32,000 bases of DNA from Candidatus Woesearchaeota archaeon (GTDB taxonomy: Archaea; Nanobdellota; Nanobdellia; Woesearchaeales; GCA-2686295). This document shows positions 8,866 to 18,081 of this stretch, piece after piece. The notes under the pieces were generated by a model. That model did not search any database, was not told where the DNA came from, and saw only the letters and a list, made by a program, of their open reading frames with translations. The stretch spans positions 1-32,000 of the forward strand of contig NZBB01000038.1 of NCBI GenBank assembly GCA_002686295.1. Reading direction: 5' to 3'. The first letter of the stretch is position 1. Each line of letters begins with the position of its first letter. The position numbers and the translations under genes were made by a program.

Positions 8866-9672
8866 ATGAAATGTCCAATTTGTAAGAAAGTAACAAAAAG
8901 AGTGAATGTCCAACCAGAGATTTACATTTGTAAACAGTGTAAACACTCATTTTCTTTTATTCCAAAAATAAAACAAGAAGAATATAACGAAAAATACTTT
9001 ACTATAAAACACAAGAATTGGTTTTCAAATCCAGACTATAGTTTATTCAACAAATTCTATAAAGAAATTAGGAGGAAAAAGAAAGAAAACATCTCTCTCT
9101 TAGATGTAGGATGTGGAAATGGGAACTTTCTAAGATTCTTAAAAAATAGAGACAAAAATATAAATCTTACAGGAATTGATTTTTATGAGAATAAAGATAA
9201 TAATATTTCTTATTTAAAAGGAAATTTTTTAGATAGAAAAATAAAACAAAAATTTGATGTAATAACTTGTTTAGCAGTGTTAGAACATACAAATAAACCA
9301 AAAGAATTTATTAAAAAAATTCATTCTCTTCTAAAACCAAAAGGCCTCCTATTAATAATGAGCATCAATAATAAAAATATTCTCTTCAGTACAATTAGAC
9401 TATTTAAACAAACATTTATGAAACAAAGATATAGTAAACTGTATACACATCATTTACAACATTATTCTAATTTTTCCCTAAAAAAGCTATTAGAGAGAGA
9501 TTTTAAAGTTTTATTTCAACAAAATAGAAATTGCCCTTTAAAATCAATAGATGTAAAAGTGGAAAACTTTCTAATAAGAAAATTATATTTGCTAAGTATT
9601 TGGAAAATATTATTTTTTATGAGACTATTTAGAAGTGGACTTCAACAAATTATTATCTGTAAAAAACGCTAA
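8866..9672 (+). CDS. Class I SAM-dependent methyltransferase with N-terminal zinc ribbon
   Basis: 'CPICKK...CKQCKH' forms the Zn ribbon. 'LLDVGCGNGNFL' is SAM motif I, and 'FDVITCLAVLEH' is also present. Confidence 0.75.
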   Translation: MKCPICKKVTKRVNVQPEIYICKQCKHSFSFIPKIKQEEYNEKYFTIKHKNWFSNPDYSLFNKFYKEIRRKKKENISLLDVGCGNGNFLRFLKNRDKNINLTGIDFYENKDNNISYLKGNFLDRKIKQKFDVITCLAVLEHTNKPKEFIKKIHSLLKPKGLLLIMSINNKNILFSTIRLFKQTFMKQRYSKLYTHHLQHYSNFSLKKLLERDFKVLFQQNRNCPLKSIDVKVENFLIRKLYLLSIWKILFFMRLFRSGLQQIIICKKR

Positions 9673-11093
9673 TTAATATTAGTTATACTAACTCTATTAT
9701 TTTGATAAGATAAAAATATTACTTCTTCGTAAATTATATTATTATATTCTAAAAAGTCTTCAAAAGTTCTGTGAGTGTAATATATTTCATTTTCACCACA
9801 ATAAAAAGAGATGTTTTTGATATCATAAAAAGCTTCCAAACCTTTTGCTAGGTGATAACAACTAAATCTGGAAAAATCAAATCGAATAATTGAATTATCA
9901 GGAATTAAACTACTTACTTCTTCAAAATCAATAATAATCTTTCTAGCAACATCACTACTATTCTCAAAGTTTTTTTCGTCAAATCTGATAAAGTACATAC
10001 TAAAAATAATGAATATAACAATGATACTTGAAAGGAAAAATATTTTAGTTTTTGAAGATAGATTAATCTTATTAAATAAAGATTTTAAAGCATATGAAAT
10101 CAATATTGAAAAAGGAATTAAAGGAAGATAAATGAATCTTAAAGCATTATTCCAAATAAAAAAAGATCCAGGAATAAAAGCCAACAATAACCAGAAAGTT
10201 AAGAATTTAACTGAATTTGAACCTTTAATGAAAATCAAAATAATAAAAACTATGATAAAAAAATAAACCAAATACAAAATAGGAATAAACGAACTCAAAG
10301 AATAAGAAGCATTCATAAAATTTGTTGAAGGAAAAAATAATGTAACAAAATAATTTAACATGTTAAAAATAAAATGAGGGCCAAAAAAATATGCTTTTTC
10401 AGAGAAAAGATAATTATTAGGAATTATTGCTATTAATTGAGACAAAAATGAAACTAAAGATATCAAAACAAAAGGCACATATCTGGAAATTCTTATTTTT
10501 TTAAATTTAAATTTATTATTAGATAATTCATATAAAATAAATACTAATAAAAAGTACAAAGCAGTTATTTGTGAAAGAAGAGCACAAATAAAAAATAACA
10601 ACCAAAGATAATAATGAGCTTTCTTTTTTATATTCTGATATTTAAAGAAGAATATTAAAGACAATAAAATGAAAAAAACAATTAGAACTGTATCAATTGA
10701 ACCTAACCAGAATACTATTCCAGAAGTAGTTCTATGTAATAAAAAGATTATTGCAGAAATAAAAGAAAAAAAATTATTTTTCAAAAAGTTTCTTGCTAAG
10801 AAAAATAATAAACAAGCATTCACAATATGAAAACATATGTGAACAAAGTAATAACCAAAAGGATTAAAACTAAATAACTTAAATAAAAAAACAGAAAAAG
10901 CCCATTGTAAAGGCATTAAACCAGTTCCACCTATTGAAGTAAAGACTTTTGACATAAAACTTTCATCACCACTGACAATTTCTAAAAAATGAAAATCATC
11001 AGATGGAGTAAAATAATTGTTTAGAGAAATAAAAAAAGTTACAAAACCAATTATTATAATCAACAAAAAATAAATCCAACCATATTTATTCAT
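9669..11093 (-). CDS. Polytopic membrane protein, GT-C-fold (ArnT/PMT-like) glycosyltransferase candidate
   Basis: More than 10 hydrophobic helices. An acidic 'PSDDFHFLE' follows the first TM (the GT-C first-loop D/E motif position). A soluble tail of about 100 aa follows. The track start at 11141 is TTG; the first ATG (MNKYGW...) is at 11093. Confidence 0.5.
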   Translation of the reverse strand: MNKYGWIYFLLIIIIGFVTFFISLNNYFTPSDDFHFLEIVSGDESFMSKVFTSIGGTGLMPLQWAFSVFLFKLFSFNPFGYYFVHICFHIVNACLLFFLARNFLKNNFFSFISAIIFLLHRTTSGIVFWLGSIDTVLIVFFILLSLIFFFKYQNIKKKAHYYLWLLFFICALLSQITALYFLLVFILYELSNNKFKFKKIRISRYVPFVLISLVSFLSQLIAIIPNNYLFSEKAYFFGPHFIFNMLNYFVTLFFPSTNFMNASYSLSSFIPILYLVYFFIIVFIILIFIKGSNSVKFLTFWLLLAFIPGSFFIWNNALRFIYLPLIPFSILISYALKSLFNKINLSSKTKIFFLSSIIVIFIIFSMYFIRFDEKNFENSSDVARKIIIDFEEVSSLIPDNSIIRFDFSRFSCYHLAKGLEAFYDIKNISFYCGENEIYYTHRTFEDFLEYNNIIYEEVIFLSYQNNRVSITNIN

Positions 11094-11156
11094 ATTAATA
11101 ATTTGATACGATATTATATTAATCTTTCCAAAAAAAGACAATTATATAAAGAATAA

Positions 11157-11642
11157 TTGATTACAAAAAAACAGTTAAAGATGAATTATCTAAAATTGGG
11201 GGTTAAAGCTATAGGATATAACTTAATAAGAATTCTTAACACTCCTAAAATACTACCTTTAAATTATACTTTTTTAATTACTAAAGAATGTAATTCTAAA
11301 TGTAAAACTTGTCTTATCTGGAAAAATAAAAATGATAAAAATGAATTAACAACAAATGAATGGAATAATGTTTGCAAATCTATTGGAAAGAAAGCTTCAT
11401 GGATCACAATTACGAGTGGAGAACCATTTTTAAGAAAGGATATTAAAAAAATAATTAATTCAGTATTAAAATATAATCAACCAGATCATACAATCACATT
11501 TGCTAAAAATGGGAAATCAACTCTGAAAAATAGCGCTTTATCACATGAAAAATGCAATATAAAGAAAAGTAATAAACCTTTATATGTGATTAGAAAAGAA
11601 CTTGGATTTTGGGATAATATTAACTACAAAAGTATGAATTAA
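11157..11642 (+). CDS. Radical SAM domain protein, N-terminal part only (probable truncated paralog/gene remnant)
   Basis: 'ITKECNSKCKTCLIW' (CX3CX2C) and 'ITITSGEPFLRKD' resemble ORF 3610-4617. However the ORF is only 161 aa (TTG start; ATG at 11181) and abuts the next gene 2 nt after its stop. That is too short for a radical SAM barrel. Confidence 0.5.
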   Translation: MITKKQLKMNYLKLGVKAIGYNLIRILNTPKILPLNYTFLITKECNSKCKTCLIWKNKNDKNELTTNEWNNVCKSIGKKASWITITSGEPFLRKDIKKIINSVLKYNQPDHTITFAKNGKSTLKNSALSHEKCNIKKSNKPLYVIRKELGFWDNINYKSMN

Positions 11643-11644
11643 AA

Positions 11645-11995
11645 TTAAGAAAAATTATATCTTAAAATTAGAATCACATATGCAATTGATCCAATTATCA
11701 ACATTAACTTCTTATATTTTGAATTAAAAAACCAATTTTTTGCTTCATACATATCTTTTTGAAATTTTTCCCATAAACCTGTTTGAATGGTCAACAACAT
11801 AAATAAACCTATAACAAAAACAATAATAGAATAAAATAATGCAAAAATAACAATTAACACAGTCAAAGTTTTAAACAATACTGGAAATTGTTTTAAAAAT
11901 TCAGAATTTAATCCTCTAAAAGCAATAAATACTATAAAAAATAATATCTGATATGTATGATATTTCAGTTGAAGAGCAACTTTAAGATTAATCAT
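11645..11995 (-). CDS. Small integral membrane protein, unknown function
   Basis: 116 aa with 3-4 hydrophobic helices and no recognisable motif. Confidence 0.5.
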   Translation of the reverse strand: MINLKVALQLKYHTYQILFFIVFIAFRGLNSEFLKQFPVLFKTLTVLIVIFALFYSIIVFVIGLFMLLTIQTGLWEKFQKDMYEAKNWFFNSKYKKLMLIIGSIAYVILILRYNFS

Positions 11996-12004
11996 TTCAA
12001 AACA

Positions 12005-12035
12005 TTTAAATAGTTGAGCAAGTATTCAACTATTT
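12005..12035 (+). promoter_or_regulatory. TATA-like box plus perfect 10-8-10 palindrome: putative ArsR autoregulatory operator
   Basis: TTTAAATA lies at 12005-12012. AAATAGTTGA (12008-12017), gcaagtat, TCAACTATTT (12026-12035) form perfect reverse complements. The palindrome ends exactly at the GTG start (12036). Confidence 0.55.
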
Positions 12036-12368
12036 GTGGAACAAATAAATAAAAAGATACTTCGATTTTTCTCAAGCCTTGCAGATGAAACAAGATTAAA
12101 AATACTCATTAGTTTAACAAAAAAATCAAAAACAGTAAATGAAATACATTCAGCAGTTCCGATAGTGACTCTTTCAGCAATATCACATCAATTGAAGCAA
12201 TTAAGTAACCTTGATATAGTTATTTCTGAAAAAAAAGGGAGAAAGAAAATATTTACACTTTCAGATTCTTTCTGTTGGTGTATATTAAATGATGCTTTCA
12301 ATCATTTTAATGGAAAAACTGAATGCAAAGAATGCTGTAAAATAAGAAATAGGAGAAAAAATGACTAA
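12036..12368 (+). CDS. ArsR/SmtB-family metal-responsive transcriptional repressor with Cys-rich C-terminal tail
   Basis: The 'LADETRLKILISL...VNEIHSAV...LSAISHQLKQLSNLDIV' winged-HTH pattern is present. The tail is 'CWC...CKECC'. GTG start. Confidence 0.8.
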   Translation: MEQINKKILRFFSSLADETRLKILISLTKKSKTVNEIHSAVPIVTLSAISHQLKQLSNLDIVISEKKGRKKIFTLSDSFCWCILNDAFNHFNGKTECKECCKIRNRRKND

Positions 12369-12531
12369 AAAAATAATGAAAGGAGAAAAAAAATTGTTTT
12401 ATTGTGAAGAATGTCTGTTGTTATACAAAGAAAAAGAATGGGTTGAAGAATGCGAAGAATGGTGTAAAAAAAATAATGATTGCAATTTAGAAATCACAAA
12501 ACATTCTTTAAAGGAGGTTTACAATGACTAA
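12361..12531 (+). CDS. Small Cys-rich putative metal-binding protein (56 aa, not in ORF track)
   Basis: My own translation is [56 protein letters not shown] (CX2C...CX3C...C). AGGAG lies upstream. It overlaps arsR and copA by 8 nt at each end. Confidence 0.5.
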   Translation: MTKKIMKGEKKLFYCEECLLLYKEKEWVEECEEWCKKNNDCNLEITKHSLKEVYND

Positions 12532-15106
12532 AGATCCAATCTGTGGAATGACTGTTAATCCAATTACTGCTAAATTCAAAACAAAAAAAAACGGAAACAC
12601 AAAATATTTTTGCAGTGAGAATTGTTATGATTCATTCACAAAAAAAACAATGGAAGATAAAGAAGAAATAAATAAAAAGTTCGAAAGCAAATATACAATT
12701 AACATTATGGGTATGAGTTGTGCAAGATGTGTTGGAAAAATTGAAAAAAGTTTGAATAAAGTTAAAGGAGTAAAAACTGCAAATGTAAATTTAGCAACTT
12801 CTAAAGCAACAATCAGTTTTGATTATAAAAAAACAACTAAGGAAGAACTTGAAAAAACAATTGAGAACACAGGATTTAAAGTTAAAAAAGAAAAACAAGA
12901 AGAAGATAATAATTTAAAATTGAAAGTTGTTGGCATGGATAATCCACACTGTATTAGCATAGTTGATTCAGCATTAGAAAAACTGCAAGGCATAAAATCT
13001 AAAAAATTATTGTCTACAGAAAAAGCAATCATCAACTATAACTCTAAAAAGATAAGTTCTAATAAAATTAGAAAAATCATTAAAGATGTAGGTTATGAAA
13101 ACTTTTTAGATAAAGATGATGAAGATGAAGAGAAAAAAACAAGAGATAAAGAGATAAAAATTTTAAAATATAAAACCATTATATCAATAATCTTGTCCTT
13201 ACCATTATTATACTTCACAATGGGACCACATATTGGTTTATCAGTTGGTTCTTTTATTGAACAAAACATGGCTTTAATACAATTTCTATTTGCAACTCCA
13301 ATAATGCTTATAGGATATGAGTTTTTTACAAAAGGTTTCAAATCAGTTATTAAAACAAAAGTTGCTAATATGGATACACTTGTAGCAATAGGCACTGGTT
13401 CAGCATATTTTTTCAGTATTTATGCAACTATTATTGGAAATGTAGAACAATTATATTTTGAAGTAGCAGGTATATTAATAGCATTCATACTTCTTGGAAG
13501 ATTTCTTGAAGCTAAAGCAAAAGGAAAAACAGGGGACGCAATAAAGAAACTAATAGGTTTATCTCCAAAAACAGCTCTAATCATAAAAAATGGAAAAGAA
13601 ATAATTATACCTATAGAAGAAGTAGTTATTGGAGATATAATTGTTGTAAAACCAGGGCAAAAAATACCTGTTGATGGAATAGTAATAGAAGGTCATTCAA
13701 GCATCGATGAAAGTATGATTAGTGGTGAAAGTATTCCTGTAGAAAAAAATAAAGATAGCAGAGTCATAGGTGCAACTATCAACAAAACAGGAAGCTTCAA
13801 ATTTAGAGCAACAAATATAGGTTCTGAAACAATGCTTGCTCAAATAATAAAAATGGTTGAGGATGCTCAAGGAAGCAAAGCACCAATTCAAAAATTAGCA
13901 GATATTATAGCATCTTATTTTGTTCCAGTAGTTGTTAGTATTGCAATTATATCAAGTATTACATGGTATTTTCTCAGTGGCTTTGCGTTTGCATTGAGTA
14001 TATTTGTAGCAGTATTAATAATTGCCTGCCCTTGCGCTTTAGGATTAGCAACACCAACAGCGATAATTGTTGGTACAGGAAAAGGAGCTGAAAATGGTAT
14101 ATTATTCAAAAACGCAGAAAGTCTACAAATAACAAATAAAATTGACACAATAGTTTTTGATAAGACAGGCACTTTAACTAAAGGAAAACCTCAAGTAACA
14201 GATATTGTAAATCTTTCTGATTATTCTTATAACGATTTATTATTATATTCTGCTATTGCAGAAAAAAATTCAGAACACCCATTAGGCGAAGCAATCGTCA
14301 AACATGCAAAATATAAAAAAATATCTTTAGATAATCCAGAAAAATTTAATTCATTAATAGGTAAAGGCATAGAAGTTATGTATAAAAATTTAACAATTTA
14401 TTTAGGTAACAGAAAATTAATGAAAGAAAAAAATATTAATTTTGATAAAGCATTAAACGATCTTAACAGACTTGAAACTGAAGGAAAAACATCTATGTTA
14501 ATTGCAATTAACAATGAAATTGCAGGCATTATTGCAGTTGCAGATACATTAAAAGAATATTCTAAAGAAACAATAAAATCATTAAACAAAATGAATGTTG
14601 AATCTATAATGATAACTGGCGATAATAAAAAAACAGCAAATGCTATTGCAAAACAATTAGGAATTAAAAGAGTATTAGCAGAAGTTTTACCAAAAGAGAA
14701 AGCCAACAATGTTAAAAAATTACAAGAAGAAAATAAACAAGTAGCCATGGTTGGCGACGGAATAAACGATGCACCAGCACTTACACAAGCTAATATAGGT
14801 ATAGCTATAGGGAGTGGAACAGATGTTGCTATTGAGTCAGGAGACATTGTTTTAATCAAAGAAGATCTTCGCGATGTAATAGTTGCAATGGAATTGTCAA
14901 GATACACTATGAGAAAGATTAAACAAAATCTTTTTTGGGCATTCTTTTACAATACATTAGGAATTCCATTAGCTGCAGGAGTAATGTATCCTATTACAGG
15001 ATTTTTACTTAGCCCAATAATAGCAGGTGTAGCAATGGCATTCAGCAGTGTAAGCGTTGTTAGTAATTCATTATTAATGAAAAGATATAATACTAAAATT
15101 AAATAA
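12524..15106 (+). CDS. copA: Cu(I)-translocating P1B-1-type ATPase
   Basis: The N-terminus carries a TRASH/YHS-type CX22CX3C motif ('CGMTV...KYFCSENC'). One HMA domain is intact ('GMSCARCV') and a second is degenerate ('GMDNPHCIS'). Core motifs are 'CPC', 'DKTGTLT' and 'GDGINDAP'. TM7 '[14 protein letters not shown]' (NX6YNX4P) and TM8 '[11 protein letters not shown]' (MX2SSX5N) fit the Cu(I) subtype. An AAGGAGG SD lies 6 nt upstream. Confidence 0.95.
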   Translation: MTKDPICGMTVNPITAKFKTKKNGNTKYFCSENCYDSFTKKTMEDKEEINKKFESKYTINIMGMSCARCVGKIEKSLNKVKGVKTANVNLATSKATISFDYKKTTKEELEKTIENTGFKVKKEKQEEDNNLKLKVVGMDNPHCISIVDSALEKLQGIKSKKLLSTEKAIINYNSKKISSNKIRKIIKDVGYENFLDKDDEDEEKKTRDKEIKILKYKTIISIILSLPLLYFTMGPHIGLSVGSFIEQNMALIQFLFATPIMLIGYEFFTKGFKSVIKTKVANMDTLVAIGTGSAYFFSIYATIIGNVEQLYFEVAGILIAFILLGRFLEAKAKGKTGDAIKKLIGLSPKTALIIKNGKEIIIPIEEVVIGDIIVVKPGQKIPVDGIVIEGHSSIDESMISGESIPVEKNKDSRVIGATINKTGSFKFRATNIGSETMLAQIIKMVEDAQGSKAPIQKLADIIASYFVPVVVSIAIISSITWYFLSGFAFALSIFVAVLIIACPCALGLATPTAIIVGTGKGAENGILFKNAESLQITNKIDTIVFDKTGTLTKGKPQVTDIVNLSDYSYNDLLLYSAIAEKNSEHPLGEAIVKHAKYKKISLDNPEKFNSLIGKGIEVMYKNLTIYLGNRKLMKEKNINFDKALNDLNRLETEGKTSMLIAINNEIAGIIAVADTLKEYSKETIKSLNKMNVESIMITGDNKKTANAIAKQLGIKRVLAEVLPKEKANNVKKLQEENKQVAMVGDGINDAPALTQANIGIAIGSGTDVAIESGDIVLIKEDLRDVIVAMELSRYTMRKIKQNLFWAFFYNTLGIPLAAGVMYPITGFLLSPIIAGVAMAFSSVSVVSNSLLMKRYNTKIK

Positions 15107-15138
15107 GTAGAAAATATAAATGGGATGTTGTTGTAATA

Positions 15139-15180
15139 GAAAAAAAGAATATAAAAAAGAAATAAAAGAAAAAGAAAACC
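15139..15180 (-). terminator. Oligo-T-rich tract downstream of hydA (archaeal-type terminator candidate)
   Basis: On the minus strand this reads ggttttctttttcttttatttcttttttatattctttttttc, beginning about 28 nt after the hydA stop. Confidence 0.3.
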
Positions 15181-15207
15181 GTTGTGAAAAATAAAATTTT
15201 GAAAGAC

Positions 15208-16497
15208 TTAAGTTTCCTTCCAATTAACTTTCAAGAAATGTGCTGAACAACTAAAGCAAGGGTCAAAAGCTCTTATTAACTTCTCTATTTCTAAAGTTAT
15301 ATAATCTTTATTATTTTTAGAAACTAACATCTTTTTAACATACACTTTTATGTGTTCTTCCATACTTCTTAAGTTCTGCGTTGTAGGAGTTATTATGTTG
15401 CAATTCTTAACAAAACCTTGTTCATCAAACTCGTATTCATGAAATAAAATTCCTCTTGGAACTTCTGTTGCTGATCTTCCTATTCCTGCTTTTGGTTTGA
15501 ATTCAATTAATCTTTCTTGTTTGAAATTGTTTTCTTCAAATATTTTTATTGCATTATCAATCCAATAAACTAATTCAACTGCTTGAGCAACATTATTGAG
15601 AAAAATGTTCTTACTTGGAAAAATTATTTTGTTTTTTTTCAAAATTTTTTTTATTTCTTTTGAAATATTTTCATGATTAAGATTCATTCTTGCTAAAGCA
15701 CCTGTCACAAAAGATTTTCCTTCTTTAACAGCAAACTTCGCCGTTGAATGTTTAACAATGTATTCATCAATGAAATCTCCATAATTCTCTTGATTAGTTC
15801 TCAATCCTTTATCAGAAACAACAGCACCTTCAAGTATTGGTTGAGAATCCTCTGATTCAAGAGCAATATGTTCAGTTTCTAATTCCAAAGATGGATATTT
15901 TAATTTGCAGAAAAGTCTTAATGTATCTATTGCTTGAGATCTGCTTTCTTTTAACAACAACAATAGATTTCTAACTTGTTTTTTACTTGGTATATCTGTG
16001 AATCCTCCTACTACTGATGAAACAGGATGCATCTGTCTAGCACCAGTTGTTGCAACTAATTCATTGCCTGTTTTCATTAAATGCAATGCTTTTGAGATTT
16101 CTTTCTTATACTTCGGAGCCATTTCTATTGCAGATTCATAACCGAGATAATCTGGTAGAGCTAAAAAATATAAATGAGTTGAATGACTTCTAATTCTTTC
16201 TCCAATACTCATTAATTCCCTCAATAGTTTTGTTTGCTTACTAACATAAATTCCAAAAGCATCCTCTGTTGCTTTCAGTGAAGTCATACTATGACCTACA
16301 CTACATATACCGCAAATTCTGCTAGTTATCTCTTTTATCTCATCATATTTTCTTCCAACAACCAACCCTTCAAAAAATCTCGCACCTTCAATAGCTCCAA
16401 GCTCACACTTTAGCAGATTACCATCCTCTATTTCAACATTTAATTTTGCATGACCTTCAACTTTTGTTATGTGATTTAAAGTTATTTTCTTGCTCAT
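15208..16497 (-). CDS. hydA: [NiFe]-hydrogenase large (alpha) subunit, group 3b/sulfhydrogenase-type
   Basis: N-terminal 'RICGICSVGHS' (RxCGxC) and C-terminal 'DPCFSCSAH' (DPCxxCxxH) are followed by a 9-aa tail for proteolytic maturation. Confidence 0.92.
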   Translation of the reverse strand: MSKKITLNHITKVEGHAKLNVEIEDGNLLKCELGAIEGARFFEGLVVGRKYDEIKEITSRICGICSVGHSMTSLKATEDAFGIYVSKQTKLLRELMSIGERIRSHSTHLYFLALPDYLGYESAIEMAPKYKKEISKALHLMKTGNELVATTGARQMHPVSSVVGGFTDIPSKKQVRNLLLLLKESRSQAIDTLRLFCKLKYPSLELETEHIALESEDSQPILEGAVVSDKGLRTNQENYGDFIDEYIVKHSTAKFAVKEGKSFVTGALARMNLNHENISKEIKKILKKNKIIFPSKNIFLNNVAQAVELVYWIDNAIKIFEENNFKQERLIEFKPKAGIGRSATEVPRGILFHEYEFDEQGFVKNCNIITPTTQNLRSMEEHIKVYVKKMLVSKNNKDYITLEIEKLIRAFDPCFSCSAHFLKVNWKET

Positions 16498-17294
16498 TTT
16501 AATATTGCTCCCAATTCCTCAAATTTTAAACCAGCATATTTCTGTAATCTTTGCTTTACTAACTCTTTTGATACTCCATTATTTGCAAGCAATTTAAGAG
16601 TTTGAGATATGTTAGCATGTTCTATTGGTCCATGACAACCAGTGCAAGAGTGATTTGCAGCTGGACATAAAGCATTGCATCCACCTCTTATCATTGGCCC
16701 AAGGCATTCTTTTCCATTATCTAACAAACAATTGACTTCTCTTAAAGTACATTCAACACACACTGGTTCATTATAAACTGTTGGTTTCATTCCAACAAGA
16801 AAATGTTGCATCATTCTCAAAAACTCTATTTCTTCAGGAGGACAACCACTTATACTATAATCAACTTTAACATGTTTTTCTATAGGAGTTGGTTTTACCG
16901 GCTCACTACCTCCTCCAAGATTATTTTTATCTTTGTAAACAACATTTTCTACTTCATTTTTATCTTTGTAGATTTTTATACTTGGTACGTTTCCATGAGT
17001 CGCACAAGTTCCCCAAGCAACCAAGTATTTTGATTGTTCACGCCATTTCTTCAAATGCTCAAAGTCTCGTTTGTTTGCAACCATTCCTTCCACAAAACAA
17101 ATATCATATTGTCCAGAATAATTCTTTCCTTTTATCATTGGAGCAGCAACTAAATCTATCTCACCTAATAATTCAAGAAGTTTATCTCTTATAAAATAAA
17201 CAACTAATTGGCAACCAGCACAACCAGTTATTGAATGGATTGCTACTTTCGGCTTTTTCTCTTCCTTTTTTTTGAACAATTGCAAACTACTCAT
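16494..17294 (-). CDS. hydD: [NiFe]-hydrogenase small (delta) subunit, NuoB-like
   Basis: 'ITGCAGCQ', 'WGTCATHGNVP' and further Cys clusters ('CVECT', 'CNALCP', 'CTGCHGP') are present. ATGA overlap with hydA. Confidence 0.88.
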   Translation of the reverse strand: MSSLQLFKKKEEKKPKVAIHSITGCAGCQLVVYFIRDKLLELLGEIDLVAAPMIKGKNYSGQYDICFVEGMVANKRDFEHLKKWREQSKYLVAWGTCATHGNVPSIKIYKDKNEVENVVYKDKNNLGGGSEPVKPTPIEKHVKVDYSISGCPPEEIEFLRMMQHFLVGMKPTVYNEPVCVECTLREVNCLLDNGKECLGPMIRGGCNALCPAANHSCTGCHGPIEHANISQTLKLLANNGVSKELVKQRLQKYAGLKFEELGAILK

Positions 17295-18081
17295 CTATTC
17301 CTTTCACCTTATCATATCTAAATACAGGTCCATCTATGCAAAGATATTTTCCGTTCACCATGCAATGGCCACACTTTCCTGTTGAACATTTCATATGCCT
17401 TTCAAGGCTTATCCACATTTTATCGGTTGAAAAACCTTTGTTTTCAAGAATTGTGATGCTTTTATCCATCATTACTGGAGGCCCACATAAAAGTATGCTT
17501 GAATTATCTGCAGAAATATCTGCTTCTTCAAGAATTTGAGTTACAAACCCTACAGGACAATTGAAAGGATTTTCTTCTGGAGCTTTATCAACAGATAAAT
17601 TCAAGTGATAAAGAGATTTCCATTCCTTCATTTCCTCTTTGAACAATATATCTTTCGGACTTCTAAAACCAAAGAATAAATGTATTTCTTTATAATCCAA
17701 TCTTCTTTCTTTTAGATATTCTATGACTGCTCTTAAAGGAGCAACTCCACAACCACCTGCAACTAATATTAAGTTTTCTCCTTTCAACTGTTCTAAAGGA
17801 TAACTTGTTCCATAAGGTCCCCTTAAATGAATTTTTTGTCCTATCCTCATTTTTGCAAGAGCTTCAGTGACATTGCCTACTACTTGCACATTAAGATCCA
17901 ATATTTTTTTGTTATATGATGCGGTTGATATTGGTGATTCTCCAATTCCAGGTATGCTTACTTCCACGAATTGTCCTGGACTAGGATTAATCTTTGTTTT
18001 AATTCTTAACATTATGTTGTTATTGCTTTGTCTCTGAATATCTTTTATTTTATATCTCTTAGCTTGGTAAATGCTCTTCAT
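17287..18081 (-). CDS. hydG: Hydrogenase gamma subunit: FAD/NAD(P)-binding oxidoreductase with [2Fe-2S] (PyrK/AsrB-like)
   Basis: 'ESPISTAS' is the flavin site and 'VAGGCGVAPL' the NAD(P) site. C-terminal 'CSTGKCGHCMVNGKYLC' supplies the cluster cysteines. 8-nt overlap with hydD. Confidence 0.85.
   Translation of the reverse strand: MKSIYQAKRYKIKDIQRQSNNNIMLRIKTKINPSPGQFVEVSIPGIGESPISTASYNKKILDLNVQVVGNVTEALAKMRIGQKIHLRGPYGTSYPLEQLKGENLILVAGGCGVAPLRAVIEYLKERRLDYKEIHLFFGFRSPKDILFKEEMKEWKSLYHLNLSVDKAPEENPFNCPVGFVTQILEEADISADNSSILLCGPPVMMDKSITILENKGFSTDKMWISLERHMKCSTGKCGHCMVNGKYLCIDGPVFRYDKVKGIDE

Noticed and set aside
15120-15194. 24-codon mini-ORF MGCCCNRKKEYKKEIKEKENRCEK just downstream of copA
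   Set aside because: The CCC motif next to a copper pump is tempting. However the ORF is very short, has no SD or TATA signal, and lies in the A-rich tract that reads as the oligo-T terminator of the convergent hydA. It is not supportable from sequence alone.
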